Assembly: GCA_963682015.1 (NCBI GenBank)
Contig: OY820932.1
Location: forward strand, 1,050,618 to 1,114,617
Origin: Smithellaceae bacterium
GTDB taxonomy: Bacteria; Desulfobacterota; Syntrophia; Syntrophales; Smithellaceae
Direction of reading: 5' to 3'
DNA length: 64,000 bases
Shown here: piece after piece, positions 27,519 through 37,527 of the stretch
Layout: the number at the start of each line of letters is the position of its first letter
How positions within the stretch are numbered: the first letter of the stretch is position 1
The notes under the pieces: generated by a model
The model's input: the letters and a program-made list of their open reading frames with translations, nothing else
The model's database searches: none
What the model was told of the DNA's origin: nothing
Program-made: the position numbers and the translations under genes

Positions 27519-29342
27519 TTGAAAAAAAGCAAGCAGGATTCCTTCTGGAGCGGTGTAATCCGGTCCATGGGGATTGTGTTCGGCGACATCGGCACAAGCC
27601 CTATCTATACCCTTACCGTTGTCTTTGCCCTGACGCCGAGAACGGAGGCCAGCGTCCTGGGCATCCTTTCGCTGGTGGTCTGGACCCTGCTCATCCTGGT
27701 GACCGCCGAATACGCCTGGCTGGCCATGAGCCTCGCCTACAAGGGGCAGGGCGGCGAAATCATGCTCCGGGAAATCCTTGCCCGGACATTAAAACCGGGG
27801 CGCAAACTGGCTTTCGGCGGATTTCTCGCCTTTATCGGCGTGTCGCTTCTGCTGGGCGACGGCGTCATTACACCGGCCATAACGCTGCTTTCCGCCGTGG
27901 AAGGCATACTGCTCGTCCCCGGCCTGGAAAACATGCGGCTGGAGATCCTGATCATGATTGCCATCGGAATCGCGATTGTTCTTTTTTCCGTACAATCGCG
28001 GGGAGTGGACAAAGTCGCCGGGATTTTCGGACCGATCATGCTGGTCTGGTTTATTGCACTGGCGCTGACGGGACTGGTTGCCATTGCTTCCATGCCGGGC
28101 ATTTTGAAAGCCGTCAATCCTTATTACGCATTCCGGTTCCTTGCGGAAAACGGGCTGGCGGGATTTTTTGTTCTTTCCGAAGTTATTCTGTGCGCCACGG
28201 GAGGCGAGGCGATGTACGCCGATATGGGACATCTGGGCAAAAAGCCGATTCTCAACGCCTGGTATTTTGTATTTGCCGCCGTGCTGCTCAATTACATGGG
28301 ACAGGGCGTCTTTGCCATTCAGAATCCGGACGTGAAATACCTGCTCTTTGGAATGGTTCAACACCAGGCATCTCTGCTTTACATCCCGTTTCTGCTGCTG
28401 ACGATCGCGGCAACCATCATCGCTTCTCAATCCATCATCAGCGGAACCTTTTCTATTGTTTACCAGGGAATCACCACGCGCCTCATGCCGCTGATGAAAG
28501 TGGCCTACACGTCCAGCCAGATGAAATCGCAGATCTATATTCCCGTTGTGAACGGCATGCTGATGTGCGCCGTCATTTTCATGATCCTGTTTTTCCAGAA
28601 ATCGGAAAATCTCGCCGCGGCTTACGGTATGGCCGTTACCGGATCGATGACCATCACGGGGATGATGATGATTCTGGTCTTTTCGACCATCAAACGGATG
28701 AAATGGAAGCTGCCCGCGGCCGTCCTGGTTACGGGCATTGCCTTTACCTTTTTCATTTCCACGCTGTATAAGCTGCCCCACGGCGCGTACTGGTCGTTGA
28801 TTCTGGCCGCCATCCCCCTGACCCTGATTCTTATCTGGACCAGAGGCCAGAAACGTCTGTTCGAATCACTGAGACCTCTGGATTTTGAAACCTTCCTCAT
28901 CAGTTATGAACAGATTTATGCCAAGGGAAGAAATATCGCCGGTACAGCCCTGTATTTCTGCCGCGGCTACCAGATGATTTCACCCTACATTGTCCACAGC
29001 ATCTTCCGCAGCAATATCATCTATGAGCGCAACATCCTCATCTCCATCAACCGCACGGATGAACCATTCGGCGTCAAGGCGGACATGAAGCGCGATCTGG
29101 CGCCCGGCCTCGAATCGCTGGAGGTGGAGGCCGGGTACAGGGAAGTCGTGGATATCGAAGGGCTGATCAAGGAACAGGGCATTCAGGAAAAGGTTATTTT
29201 TTACGGCGTGGAAGACATCGTTACACGCAACCCCGTCTGGCGCGTTTTCAGTCTGGTGAAACGGATCACACCCAATTTCGTCCAGTTCAGCAAACTGCCG
29301 CCAAGCCGACTGCAGGGAATTGTGACGAGAGTGGAGATGTAA
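27519..29342 (+). CDS. kup: KUP/HAK/KT family potassium transporter
   Basis: GIVFGDIGTSPIYTL..GGEAMYADMGH are hallmark Kup motifs. The TTG start follows a GGAG 7 nt upstream. Confidence 0.9.
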   Translation: MKKSKQDSFWSGVIRSMGIVFGDIGTSPIYTLTVVFALTPRTEASVLGILSLVVWTLLILVTAEYAWLAMSLAYKGQGGEIMLREILARTLKPGRKLAFGGFLAFIGVSLLLGDGVITPAITLLSAVEGILLVPGLENMRLEILIMIAIGIAIVLFSVQSRGVDKVAGIFGPIMLVWFIALALTGLVAIASMPGILKAVNPYYAFRFLAENGLAGFFVLSEVILCATGGEAMYADMGHLGKKPILNAWYFVFAAVLLNYMGQGVFAIQNPDVKYLLFGMVQHQASLLYIPFLLLTIAATIIASQSIISGTFSIVYQGITTRLMPLMKVAYTSSQMKSQIYIPVVNGMLMCAVIFMILFFQKSENLAAAYGMAVTGSMTITGMMMILVFSTIKRMKWKLPAAVLVTGIAFTFFISTLYKLPHGAYWSLILAAIPLTLILIWTRGQKRLFESLRPLDFETFLISYEQIYAKGRNIAGTALYFCRGYQMISPYIVHSIFRSNIIYERNILISINRTDEPFGVKADMKRDLAPGLESLEVEAGYREVVDIEGLIKEQGIQEKVIFYGVEDIVTRNPVWRVFSLVKRITPNFVQFSKLPPSRLQGIVTRVEM

Positions 29343-29750
29343 CTACCGGTTCAGAAAGGTCATGGACAGAATATTGCTGTCTCCTTCGCGCCGGTAGGTT
29401 ACCGCGTCGGTCATTTTGCGGATGAAAAAAACACCCATGCCGCCGATTTTTCGTTTGGAAAGATCGACCTCAACATCCGGATCAGCCAGAGAAAGCGGAT
29501 TGAAAGCAATTCCTTTATCGTGGATTTCAATCGTCAGCGCCGGATCTTTGGATACCGGACAGCGCACCTCCACCTGCCCTGCGCTTTCGGCGTAACCGTG
29601 CACGAATACATTCACCAGAGCCTCTTCCGCAACCAGTTCAATCCGATTGAGAGTTTCTTCGGAGAATCCTTTTTTTTTCGCCTCGGTCCGGATAAAAGTC
29701 AGAAGTTCATGCAGACTTTCCACCCGGGCAGGCATTTTTTTCATCAGCAT
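29343..29750 (-). CDS. anti-sigma regulatory factor (RsbW/SpoIIAB-like Ser kinase, HATPase_c)
   Basis: The 135-aa protein has ..ALVNVFVHGY.. and ..GGMGVFFIRKMTD.. It lies immediately downstream of a STAS gene. Confidence 0.7.
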   Translation of the reverse strand: MLMKKMPARVESLHELLTFIRTEAKKKGFSEETLNRIELVAEEALVNVFVHGYAESAGQVEVRCPVSKDPALTIEIHDKGIAFNPLSLADPDVEVDLSKRKIGGMGVFFIRKMTDAVTYRREGDSNILSMTFLNR

Positions 29751-29772
29751 AGATGGTCATTTCGGCGTAACG

Positions 29773-30108
29773 CTAGCGGACAGCGTCCTGGGCCGCTCCC
29801 AGCGTATCAAATGCAGGAATGAGGGCAATGAAACCTGAAATGGTAAACACATCTTTCACATTGTCCCGGAGTCTGGCCATTCCCAGCTTTCCATCGCGCG
29901 CCTTCATTTTTTTAGCGGTCGTGAGAAAGACTCTCAGGCCGGCGCTGCTGATATAATCCAGCCCGTCCAGATCAAAAACCAGCCTGGTTGCCGGCTGTTC
30001 AAACCACTGGTTGAGCCGCTCTTCCAGCTGCGGAACGGTTACGGCATCCAATCTGCCTTTAATGGCAAAGACATGGATATCTGATTCATTGGTAACGACA
30101 ATCTCCAT
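29773..30108 (-). CDS. STAS-domain anti-sigma-factor antagonist
   Basis: The 111-aa protein has ..LVFDLDGLDYISSAGLRVFL.., the SpoIIAA/RsbV pattern with the phosphorylatable Ser context. Confidence 0.8.
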   Translation of the reverse strand: MEIVVTNESDIHVFAIKGRLDAVTVPQLEERLNQWFEQPATRLVFDLDGLDYISSAGLRVFLTTAKKMKARDGKLGMARLRDNVKDVFTISGFIALIPAFDTLGAAQDAVR

Positions 30109-30343
30109 GGTAACACTCCTTTTTTAATAGCTCGAATCTGAAATAAATTCGGATGTAAGTATAGAAAGAACACTTGCGCATGTCAATAAGGAAGTTAAAA
30201 GTTTTACGTTTCGGAATTCATGCCTTAAAGACAGCTCAAATCGTAATGGCTCAAAACATAACCCCTGCTCACTTAAAACTTTTGCTTCTGCGCAAGTTTA
30301 TGCTATAGAAAGCCATATTTCACCCGGAGGAGAACGGTAAACC

Positions 30344-31651
30344 ATGATCTACAATGAAGAATTCGAGACACTGCCTCGTGAAGCTCTGGAAGCACTGCAG
30401 TTGAAAAGACTTCAGCAGGTAGCCCAGCGGGTTTATCATAATGTCGGATTTTACAAGAAGTCGTTTGACAAAGCAGGTGTTTCACCCGACTCTCTGAAGA
30501 CGCTGGCCGACCTGAGGCGTTTTCCCTTCACGACCAAGCAGGATTTGCGTGACAATTATCCCTTCGGACTGTTCGCCACACCGATGAGCAACGTGGTGCG
30601 CCTGCACGCCTCCTCGGGAACCACCGGAGCATCAACCGTTGTCGGCTACACCAGGCGGGATATCGACACCTGGGCGGAACTGATGGGGCGCTGCTTCGTG
30701 GCCGCGGGCCTCACCAAAAACGACATCATTCACAACGCATACGGCTACGGCCTTTTCACCGGGGGCCTGGGAGCCCATTACGGCGCGGAAAAAATCGGCG
30801 CCAGCGTCGTTCCGATGTCGGGAGGCAACACCAAAAGGCAGATCACCATTTTGCAGGATTTTCGCCCGACGGCCATCTGCTGCACGCCTTCCTACGCGCT
30901 TAACCTGGCCGAGCAGGGTCAGGCGATGGGCGTGGACATGCGCTCGCTGGCTTTACGCGTCGGCGTTTTCGGCGCGGAGCCCTGGAGCGAAAAAATGCGT
31001 GAAGAAATCGAAAAAGCGCTGGACCTGACCGCCATGAACATTTACGGCCTGTCCGAAATCATGGGACCCGGCGTATCGATGGAATGCATTGAGGCCCGCG
31101 ACGGCATGCACATTTTTGAAGATCATTTCCTGGTGGAAACCATCAATCCCAAAACCGGCGAAGTTCTGCCTCCGGGAGAAGAAGGCGAACTGGTCTTCAC
31201 CACACTGACCAAGGAAGCCTTCCCCCTGATCCGTTACCGGACACGCGACATCTGCAAGCTCAATCCGGCGCCCTGCCGCTGCGGAAGGACGCTTGTCCGC
31301 ATGGGGCGCGTCATGGGCCGCAGCGACGATATGCTCATCATCCGCGGCGTCAATGTTTTCCCGTCGCAGATTGAAGCGGTTTTGGTCGGCATCGAAGGTC
31401 TTGAACCGCATTATCAACTCATCGTCGACCGCGAAGGATCGCTCGATACGCTGGAAGTACAGGTGGAACTTTCCGAAAAGCAGGCGGCAAATTTCGACGA
31501 AGTTAAAGTGCTGCAGAAGCTGGAAAATCAGCTCAAAAAAGACATGAAGGACTATCTGGGCATCACCGCTAAAATCAAACTGGTCGAACCCAGAACCATC
31601 CAGCGCTCCGAAGGCAAAGCCAGCCGGGTGATTGATAAGAGAAAATTGTAG
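30344..31651 (+). CDS. phenylacetate-CoA ligase (PaaK) family protein
   Basis: [17 protein letters not shown].., [11 protein letters not shown] and the C-terminal ..KASRVIDKR are typical of the PaaK-type adenylate-forming family. Confidence 0.85.
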   Translation: MIYNEEFETLPREALEALQLKRLQQVAQRVYHNVGFYKKSFDKAGVSPDSLKTLADLRRFPFTTKQDLRDNYPFGLFATPMSNVVRLHASSGTTGASTVVGYTRRDIDTWAELMGRCFVAAGLTKNDIIHNAYGYGLFTGGLGAHYGAEKIGASVVPMSGGNTKRQITILQDFRPTAICCTPSYALNLAEQGQAMGVDMRSLALRVGVFGAEPWSEKMREEIEKALDLTAMNIYGLSEIMGPGVSMECIEARDGMHIFEDHFLVETINPKTGEVLPPGEEGELVFTTLTKEAFPLIRYRTRDICKLNPAPCRCGRTLVRMGRVMGRSDDMLIIRGVNVFPSQIEAVLVGIEGLEPHYQLIVDREGSLDTLEVQVELSEKQAANFDEVKVLQKLENQLKKDMKDYLGITAKIKLVEPRTIQRSEGKASRVIDKRKL

Positions 31652-31677
31652 AGAACGGTCGCGACCGTTCCCTGCAT
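31652..31677. repeat. GAACGGTCGCGACCGTTCCC hairpin repeat
   Basis: A perfect palindrome sits directly after the paaK-like stop. Related units are at 35422..35451, 35460..35490 and 7249..7276. Confidence 0.65.
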
Positions 31678-31769
31678 GTAGTGGACCGCAGACTTTTTCA
31701 TTTAGCCGAAGGCTGAAAATCCTTTATGGACATTCAGCGAAACATAACCATTTTTAAGGAGGCAATAAA

Positions 31770-32270
31770 ATGAAACACTTAATTATCTGGATAGTGGCAG
31801 TTATGTTCCTGATCGTGGGCTCCGCCCTGGCGGAGGAGAAAAATGCAGCAGGTTCCCTCGATCAAAAACAAATTGAAAAGAAAGTTGATGTAAAGAAGAC
31901 CGCGGCGGAAAAAAAGGCCGAAGAAAAAATCAAGGCCGATCAGGCTTTGAAAGAAAGGCAGGAAGCGGCACGCAAAGCAGCCAAGGATAAAAAGGCTGAG
32001 GAAAAAATCAAGGCTGATCAGGCTCTGAAAGAAAAGCAGGAAGCGGCACGCAAAGCAGCCAAGGATAAAAAGGCTGAGGAAAAAATCAAGGCTGATCAGG
32101 CTCTGAAAGAAAAGCAGGAAGCGGCACGTAAAGCGGCAAAGGACAAAAAGGCTGAGGAAAAAATCAAGGCTGATCAGGCTCTGAAAGAAAAGCAGGAAGC
32201 GGCACGTAAAGCGGCAAAGGACAAAAAGATAGAGGAAAAGGCCGACGACAAAAAAACCATTGTGAAATAA
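31770..32270 (+). CDS. secreted Lys/Glu/Ala-rich tandem-repeat protein
   Basis: The signal peptide MKHLIIWIVAVMFLIVGSALA is followed by four copies of a 26-aa unit, KAEEKIKADQALKEKQEAARKAAKDK. An AAGGAGG RBS is present. Confidence 0.7.
   Translation: MKHLIIWIVAVMFLIVGSALAEEKNAAGSLDQKQIEKKVDVKKTAAEKKAEEKIKADQALKERQEAARKAAKDKKAEEKIKADQALKEKQEAARKAAKDKKAEEKIKADQALKEKQEAARKAAKDKKAEEKIKADQALKEKQEAARKAAKDKKIEEKADDKKTIVK
31914..32225 (+). repeat. tandem repeat, 78 bp x 4 (in frame within the CDS)
   Basis: Units start at 31914, 31992, 32070 and 32148, and a partial fifth starts at 32226. Units 2-4 are nearly identical. Confidence 0.9.
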
Positions 32271-32336
32271 AAAAACTTCAACCTGCATGATGTTTTTTGT
32301 TTTTTTGCATTTCCATATAGTTTAAACATGAGCAAA

Positions 32337-32377
32337 CGGGCAATGGCAGCATTATCGGATCATTGCCCGTTTTTTTA
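32337..32377 (+). terminator. rho-independent terminator
   Basis: The stem CGGGCAATG...CATTGCCCG is followed by TTTTTTT. Confidence 0.75.
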
Positions 32378-32493
32378 AAACCGGGACATTTTCAACGATT
32401 GAAAAGAAGCGGTCGGTTCAAGGATTCACGATTGAAGCCGAGTGAAACACACAGCCTCCTGCGAAGTTTCCGTTCATCATTTCCCGGGTAAAC

Positions 32494-33303
32494 CTACCGG
32501 GCCGTCATCGTCTTCCAGGCAAAGCGGGTCAGGAAACTTTCAGAAACATTTCCATCCATTTCTTTAAACAGGCTCCAGGGCATCGTGAAGGACAGAATAT
32601 CCCTGCCTAAAAGTTTGCCAAGATAGAAACGGGCCGATATATCAGTAAGTCCGACAATGGCGCGCGGCACAGGCTGCCGTGCTTCATCAAAAGGGTAAAG
32701 CGCAATGCCCGCGCACCCTGCGCAAAAAGGAATCCGGACATTATCGATGCCCGGACGCGCAAAGTTGGCCAGAACCACCAGGGCGGACAACTGATTCACA
32801 TCGGCAAGCAGGGTGACAACCCCGGGTTTCTCTCCCGCTTCCAGATCAGAAAGTGGTTTGATCACCACACAGGAACCTTCCGGTTCAATTTCGGGCACTT
32901 CTTCCAGCCATTGATCCACGAGCTCCGGCGATTTTTTGAAGCCTTCTCCCTCGGCAAATTCCGTTATCATAATTTTCGGCGCGCCTTCTTCGGTCATTTT
33001 GTGGATCACGGCCCGGCCCTTCTCCCAGCTCTCGTTGCCGATGGAAAGGAAACGCAAGAAACATTCGCGCCCGCCGGGAAAATTCTCGGGGTGCGATGCC
33101 TCCAAGCCGAAGCCTTCCAGCGCACCGGGACAACCACACGTTCCCCGGGTGATCGCCACGGTCTCGCCTTTTGCGGCCCGGGCCAGAAGCAGCATGGAAC
33201 ATAAAGGATTGTGTTCTTCAGCCTCGGCCGGAGGCTCCCAGGTATAATAAACCGCGAGAGGTGGAAATCTCAGGGACAATGCCTGTGCAATATTCGATTG
33301 CAT
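32494..33303 (-). CDS. DUF169 domain protein
   Basis: LRFPPLAVYYTWE...PLCSMLLLARAAKGETVAITRGTCGCPGALEGFGL resembles the DUF169 family. The start is the ATG at 33303, about 8 nt after AGGAAG. Confidence 0.55.
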   Translation of the reverse strand: MQSNIAQALSLRFPPLAVYYTWEPPAEAEEHNPLCSMLLLARAAKGETVAITRGTCGCPGALEGFGLEASHPENFPGGRECFLRFLSIGNESWEKGRAVIHKMTEEGAPKIMITEFAEGEGFKKSPELVDQWLEEVPEIEPEGSCVVIKPLSDLEAGEKPGVVTLLADVNQLSALVVLANFARPGIDNVRIPFCAGCAGIALYPFDEARQPVPRAIVGLTDISARFYLGKLLGRDILSFTMPWSLFKEMDGNVSESFLTRFAWKTMTAR

Positions 33304-33330
33304 ATCCATCTCTTCCTTTATAAAAAACAA

Positions 33331-33651
33331 TCAGTAACTCATCAGGGCAATGCCAAACACAATAACGGCGGCGCCAATCATATGGGTGACGCTTATCTTT
33401 TCACCAAAGATCATATAAGACAACAGAGCGATTGAAAAGATACAGGCTCCGGAAAACACCGGATAGGCAATATTCAGCGGAATGTCCTTCAGCGCTTTGG
33501 TAAAGAACAGAACATTGATCCCGCCGAGAATAAGCCCGGATGCAAAAACCACAGCCCACAGAATTCCACTCCGCTTACCGGAAATACTTTTGTATAAAAG
33601 ATAGGATACAACGTTAAAAGCGACCGACAAAAACAAAAAAAGATACTTCAT
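33331..33651 (-). CDS. SMR-family small multidrug-resistance-type transporter
   Basis: The 106-aa protein has four predicted TM helices and an EmrE/SugE-like size and pattern. Confidence 0.6.
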   Translation of the reverse strand: MKYLFLFLSVAFNVVSYLLYKSISGKRSGILWAVVFASGLILGGINVLFFTKALKDIPLNIAYPVFSGACIFSIALLSYMIFGEKISVTHMIGAAVIVFGIALMSY

Positions 33652-33753
33652 TAGGCAACCTCTTATTCACCTGCTTTTTCCTCTAAAAGTTTCTGCCTTC
33701 CTGAAACGAATCCTGTGCAGCCTGGAGCGTCAGAGGGATATGAAAAACAAATC

Positions 33754-34131
33754 TCACTCAACGATTTTATAACCTGCTGCTTTCAGCGATGGCCTTGTAT
33801 AGACAAACAGCATTTCCATCGGTTCGGGAAAGGGATTGTAAAACCAGTGTACGGCGCCGCGTGGAACAAACATGGTGTCGCCTTTTTTCATTTCGACTTC
33901 CGCATCACTCACTCCGCTTATTCCTTTTCCCTCGAGGAGGTAAATCACTTCTTCCGCATCCTGATGAACGTGCTTTTTATGCGACGATGTTTCGGCTTCA
34001 AACCGGCAATATGCAAAGGTGATATCCTCTGCCCCGACCGTATCTTTGTCTACCAGAACGACTCTTTTCGCATGATCAAGATCTTTAATGGGTTCATTTC
34101 TTCCTTCTTCAAGTCCTATCATATACTTCAT
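33754..34131 (-). CDS. cupin domain protein
   Basis: HVHQDAEEVIYLLEGKG...GDTMFVPRGAVHWF are the two cupin motifs. Confidence 0.75.
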   Translation of the reverse strand: MKYMIGLEEGRNEPIKDLDHAKRVVLVDKDTVGAEDITFAYCRFEAETSSHKKHVHQDAEEVIYLLEGKGISGVSDAEVEMKKGDTMFVPRGAVHWFYNPFPEPMEMLFVYTRPSLKAAGYKIVE

Positions 34132-34512
34132 CCCTTATCCCCAAAACTGTGCGCCGATCTCACAATGAATGTGCTGCGCCACTGCCTTTCTCTATTTCGG
34201 CGAAGCTTACTGTATTTTGGGAAAAATAAAAAGGGATGAGAAACAAACGTGGATGTTTCAATTTCAGGGGAGTTCTAAATCGGAAATTAATAGAACTGTC
34301 TAATTATTTATTCTTTTCGTCATGGTAAAGGATGAATGAGCCAAGAGGAGACTTGACCCAGCGCGTTCGTTATTTTTACCTTGACACGCACATCCAATAT
34401 TCTTATGCTGACAGACGAAAAACAAAGTTCATTCCTGCTGTGAGCTTTTACAACTGCATCATCTGGCTAGATTCGATCAACTATTAAACTTAAAAGAGGA
34501 GGCGAATGCAGG

Positions 34513-35202
34513 ATGGCATTGAACACACAGGATACCATTAATTTCGCCAAGAAGGTTCCATTGTTCGAAGGCTTAACCGACGCTGAGATGCTGGTGGTCT
34601 GTTCGGCCATGGTCCTGAGGACATTCAGAGCGGGCCAGGTTATCGTGCGCGAAGACGACGATCAGGGAGAGAGTTTCTTTATCATTGTCTCCGGCACAGC
34701 GCGGGTTGTCTTGATCACCCAGGAAGGAAAGCAAACGATTCTTGCCACACTCAAACGTAAAGATTTTTTCGGCGAAATTGCAATTCTCGATGGAGAACCG
34801 CGAAGTGCATCGGTCGTTGCGGCCGAAGACTGCAAATTACTCATGCTTCCCCGGAAGTCCTTTCTGGATATTCTGCATCAGTTCCCCAAAATTACTATTC
34901 AAATGCTCATTGAGATGTCGAAACGGCTCCGCAAGTCAAACCGTCAGAACAGTACGCTCTCGCTTATCAATAAATATGGCCGCATAGCCGATGTGATTAT
35001 GCGGATGGCCAAGGAACAGGGATTCCGCACGGGCAGCGTTACAGTGATTCCCAACCGGCCAACGCACCAGGCGATGGCCGAAATGGCCGGAACAACCCGC
35101 GAAACAGTTTCGCGCATTCTCTCGGAACTTCAGAAGAAACAATATATCAAGATCGCCCGGAAGCAGATGATTATCTTCCATGAAAAAATGCCCTATGATT
35201 AG
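34513..35202 (+). CDS. Crp/Fnr family transcriptional regulator
   Basis: The cNMP-binding domain reads FFGEIAILDGEPRSASVVA and the C-terminal HTH reads MAGTTRETVSRILSEL. Confidence 0.85.
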   Translation: MALNTQDTINFAKKVPLFEGLTDAEMLVVCSAMVLRTFRAGQVIVREDDDQGESFFIIVSGTARVVLITQEGKQTILATLKRKDFFGEIAILDGEPRSASVVAAEDCKLLMLPRKSFLDILHQFPKITIQMLIEMSKRLRKSNRQNSTLSLINKYGRIADVIMRMAKEQGFRTGSVTVIPNRPTHQAMAEMAGTTRETVSRILSELQKKQYIKIARKQMIIFHEKMPYD

Positions 35203-35291
35203 CAAACTCTGCCATTGTCAGCAGTGTGGGTGATGAACGGGGCAAAGTGGGGTTCAGGTTTCTTCCTGGCTCATTCAGTTTCCGATAAGAC

Positions 35292-35335
35292 AAAAAGGCT
35301 GAAGCGCAGCGCGCTTCAGCCTTTTTGTCGTTTTC
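35292..35335. terminator. bidirectional-looking rho-independent terminator
   Basis: AAAAAGGCTGAAGCGC-agc-GCGCTTCAGCCTTTTT is followed by gtcgttttc. Confidence 0.65.
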
Positions 35336-35340
35336 TGTCT

Positions 35341-35490
35341 CTGGATTCCCGCTTGCGCGAGGAATGACGAGGTAAAGAGTTCACCCTCCCTGAATCCCTC
35401 CCATCAAGGGAGGGACCTTACAGTCTCGTAACGGTCACGACCGTTCCCTACGAATCTTTAGTCTCGGAACGGTTTGAAACCGTTCCCTAC
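35341..35490. repeat. composite array of intergenic repeats (GGATTCCCGC..GGAATGA unit, a family A unit, and two GAACGG hairpin units)
   Basis: Units lie at 35341..35370, 35383..35417, 35422..35451 and 35460..35490. Confidence 0.7.
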
Positions 35491-35505
35491 CTTTGCCCAA
35501 GCGCC

Positions 35506-37332
35506 CTACATGAAGCTTTCTTCGGGGATATCGATCGCGCTGCGGTCGCCGAACTTCATCGACTTGAGATAGCCGAAGAGATCGGGAACATGATTCATGA
35601 CATAGAACCGGGCGGTGGCGATTTTGCCCTTGTAGAAATCGGCGTCGATTTCTCCTTTCTCTTTCATCTTTGCCGCTGCCAGAAGCGCCTGGTCGAGCAG
35701 CAGCATGCCGCAGTAAACTCTCGCGCCTGCATGCAGGATCCGGGTGGCGAAAAGTTGTTTCATCTGCTTGTCGCCGGTCGTCCAGGCGTCATTCATGGCA
35801 ACCATCTCTTTGAAAGCAACCATGGCCTCCGCCATCATCGCGAATTCCGCGGCTAATTCATCCGTCTTTTTATTGGCGACGAAGTCGTCGATTTCCGCCA
35901 CCCATTTTTTGAACGGCGCGCCGTCTTTCATGGTGAACTTGCGGCCGGTATAATCCTGAGCCTGGATGAAGTTGGTGCCTTCCCAGATTCCATAAATCAC
36001 AACGTCCCGGTACAGTTCCGCCGGGGCGTACTCTTCCGTGAAGCCATAGCCGCCGAGGCATTGGATGGCGTCGCCGGTGGCGATCCTCGCCATGTCGGAC
36101 GTATAGGCCTTGCACATGGGGTTGTTGATCGCAAACATATCATCATAATATTCCCGCTCTTCGGGCGTGGCGGCATCCACCGCAAGGTCGCGGTAGAGAT
36201 AGGACTTGTAAATGAGCGCCCGGCAAGCTTCCAGAATCGACTTCTGGGACAAAAGCATGCGGCGGACGTCTTCATGTTCAATGATCCGGACGCTGGGGCC
36301 CTTGGGGTTGGTGGAATGCTTGCTCTGCACGCGCAGCTTCGTGTAATCCAGAGCGGCGTAATAGGCGGAACCGATGCAGCCCAGCGAGAATAATCCCGTG
36401 TTCAGACGTTCTTCGTTCATATATGCAAACATCTGCTTCATGCCGATGCCGCGGCCGTCTTTCACTTCCGCTTCGCCCACCATCCAGCCGTAGCAGTTGT
36501 CGTTTTCACCCATGGAGAGGGTGGCGGTCGTCGAGCCGTGAATGCCCAGCTTGTGCTCAATGCCCATGGTGGTGACGTCATTCCAGGCACCCAGCGAGCC
36601 GTCCACGTTGACCCAGAACTTGGGCACGATGAAAAGCGATATGCCGGCGGTGCCTTCTTTGGCGCCGGGCGTCTTGGCCAGCATCAGGTGAATGATGTTT
36701 TCGGCCAGGTCATGGTCGCCCGAAGAGATGAAGCATTTCGTTCCGGTAAGCTTATACTTGCCGGGTGTGTCGGTGGGAAACGCCTTGCTTTGAACCGCGC
36801 CGACTTCGGAACCTGCGCCCGGTTCGGTAAGCCCCATGGTGCCGCCCCAAACGCCTGTCCGCAGTTTGGGGATGAACAGTTCCTGCTGTTTTGGCGTAGC
36901 AAATTCATGAAGCACGGTGATCGCGCCCTGCGTCAGGCACCAGAACATGACGATCGACGGCGACGCGGCGGACTGCATCTCCAGAATCGGAGCATACCAG
37001 CACAGGGGTATTTTGCCTTCGCCGCGGTAGCCGAACTGGGGACCCAGCTCCGCATCCATAATGGTTTTATAAACGTTCTTGAACGAGTCGGGGGTCGTTA
37101 CCGCATGTTCATTGCCGCCCACAAATTTCGCGCCGGGTTCATCGGCGTCTTTGTTGGCCGGACACATCACGTCGCGGCAGACTTTGAAGTTGACATCCAG
37201 GAAGCTGTCGATGTCGTCCATCCCGTAGTAATCCTTGTAAGCGTCAAGGCCCAGGAGCTTTTCCACGCCAAGCCATTCTTTGATCTGGAACATGATGTCC
37301 CGCGTCTGATACAACCAATTACTGTGAGCCAT
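35506..37332 (-). CDS. acyl-CoA dehydrogenase (long ~600-aa form)
   Basis: The protein shows ACAD N-terminal, middle and C-terminal patterns (..GLTEPGAGSEVG.., ..IWEGTNFIQ..). The start is the ATG at 37332, with a GGAGG RBS. Confidence 0.85.
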   Translation of the reverse strand: MAHSNWLYQTRDIMFQIKEWLGVEKLLGLDAYKDYYGMDDIDSFLDVNFKVCRDVMCPANKDADEPGAKFVGGNEHAVTTPDSFKNVYKTIMDAELGPQFGYRGEGKIPLCWYAPILEMQSAASPSIVMFWCLTQGAITVLHEFATPKQQELFIPKLRTGVWGGTMGLTEPGAGSEVGAVQSKAFPTDTPGKYKLTGTKCFISSGDHDLAENIIHLMLAKTPGAKEGTAGISLFIVPKFWVNVDGSLGAWNDVTTMGIEHKLGIHGSTTATLSMGENDNCYGWMVGEAEVKDGRGIGMKQMFAYMNEERLNTGLFSLGCIGSAYYAALDYTKLRVQSKHSTNPKGPSVRIIEHEDVRRMLLSQKSILEACRALIYKSYLYRDLAVDAATPEEREYYDDMFAINNPMCKAYTSDMARIATGDAIQCLGGYGFTEEYAPAELYRDVVIYGIWEGTNFIQAQDYTGRKFTMKDGAPFKKWVAEIDDFVANKKTDELAAEFAMMAEAMVAFKEMVAMNDAWTTGDKQMKQLFATRILHAGARVYCGMLLLDQALLAAAKMKEKGEIDADFYKGKIATARFYVMNHVPDLFGYLKSMKFGDRSAIDIPEESFM

Positions 37333-37527
37333 ATTGAATTCCTCCTGTTGAAAATTAAAGGCGCAAAATGAAACGAATCCCTGTCCCTGCAAACACACAG
37401 CTCACTTTTTCAGATCCGTGTCCATGCCCCCTGCCAGAGCATCGATTCATGCAAAGTCGTTGTTCATTTACTGCCGTCAGAAAATGATCGCCACGTCCGC
37501 CTTCTTTTCACGACCGGGCTCTCCGCG

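Noticed and set aside
27482-28781. A 429-aa plus-strand ORF (27482..28771) and a 330-aa minus-strand ORF (27789..28781).
   Set aside because: Both overlap the kup gene in other frames. Kup motifs (GDIGTSPIY, GGEAMYADMGH) identify the real frame.
31914-32225. A possible CRISPR-like array, because of the regularly spaced repeats.
   Set aside because: The 78-bp units are contiguous with no spacers and are in frame within a CDS that has a signal peptide. This is a protein tandem repeat, not a CRISPR array.
33715-34239. A 174-aa plus-strand ORF. The same applies to 46395..47120 (-), 36538..37371 (+), 62018..62788 (+) and 53161..53757 (+).
   Set aside because: Each is antisense to a CDS with clear family motifs (cupin, GGDEF, acyl-CoA dehydrogenase, NMO/FabK-like and ALDH respectively), and none has a motif of its own.
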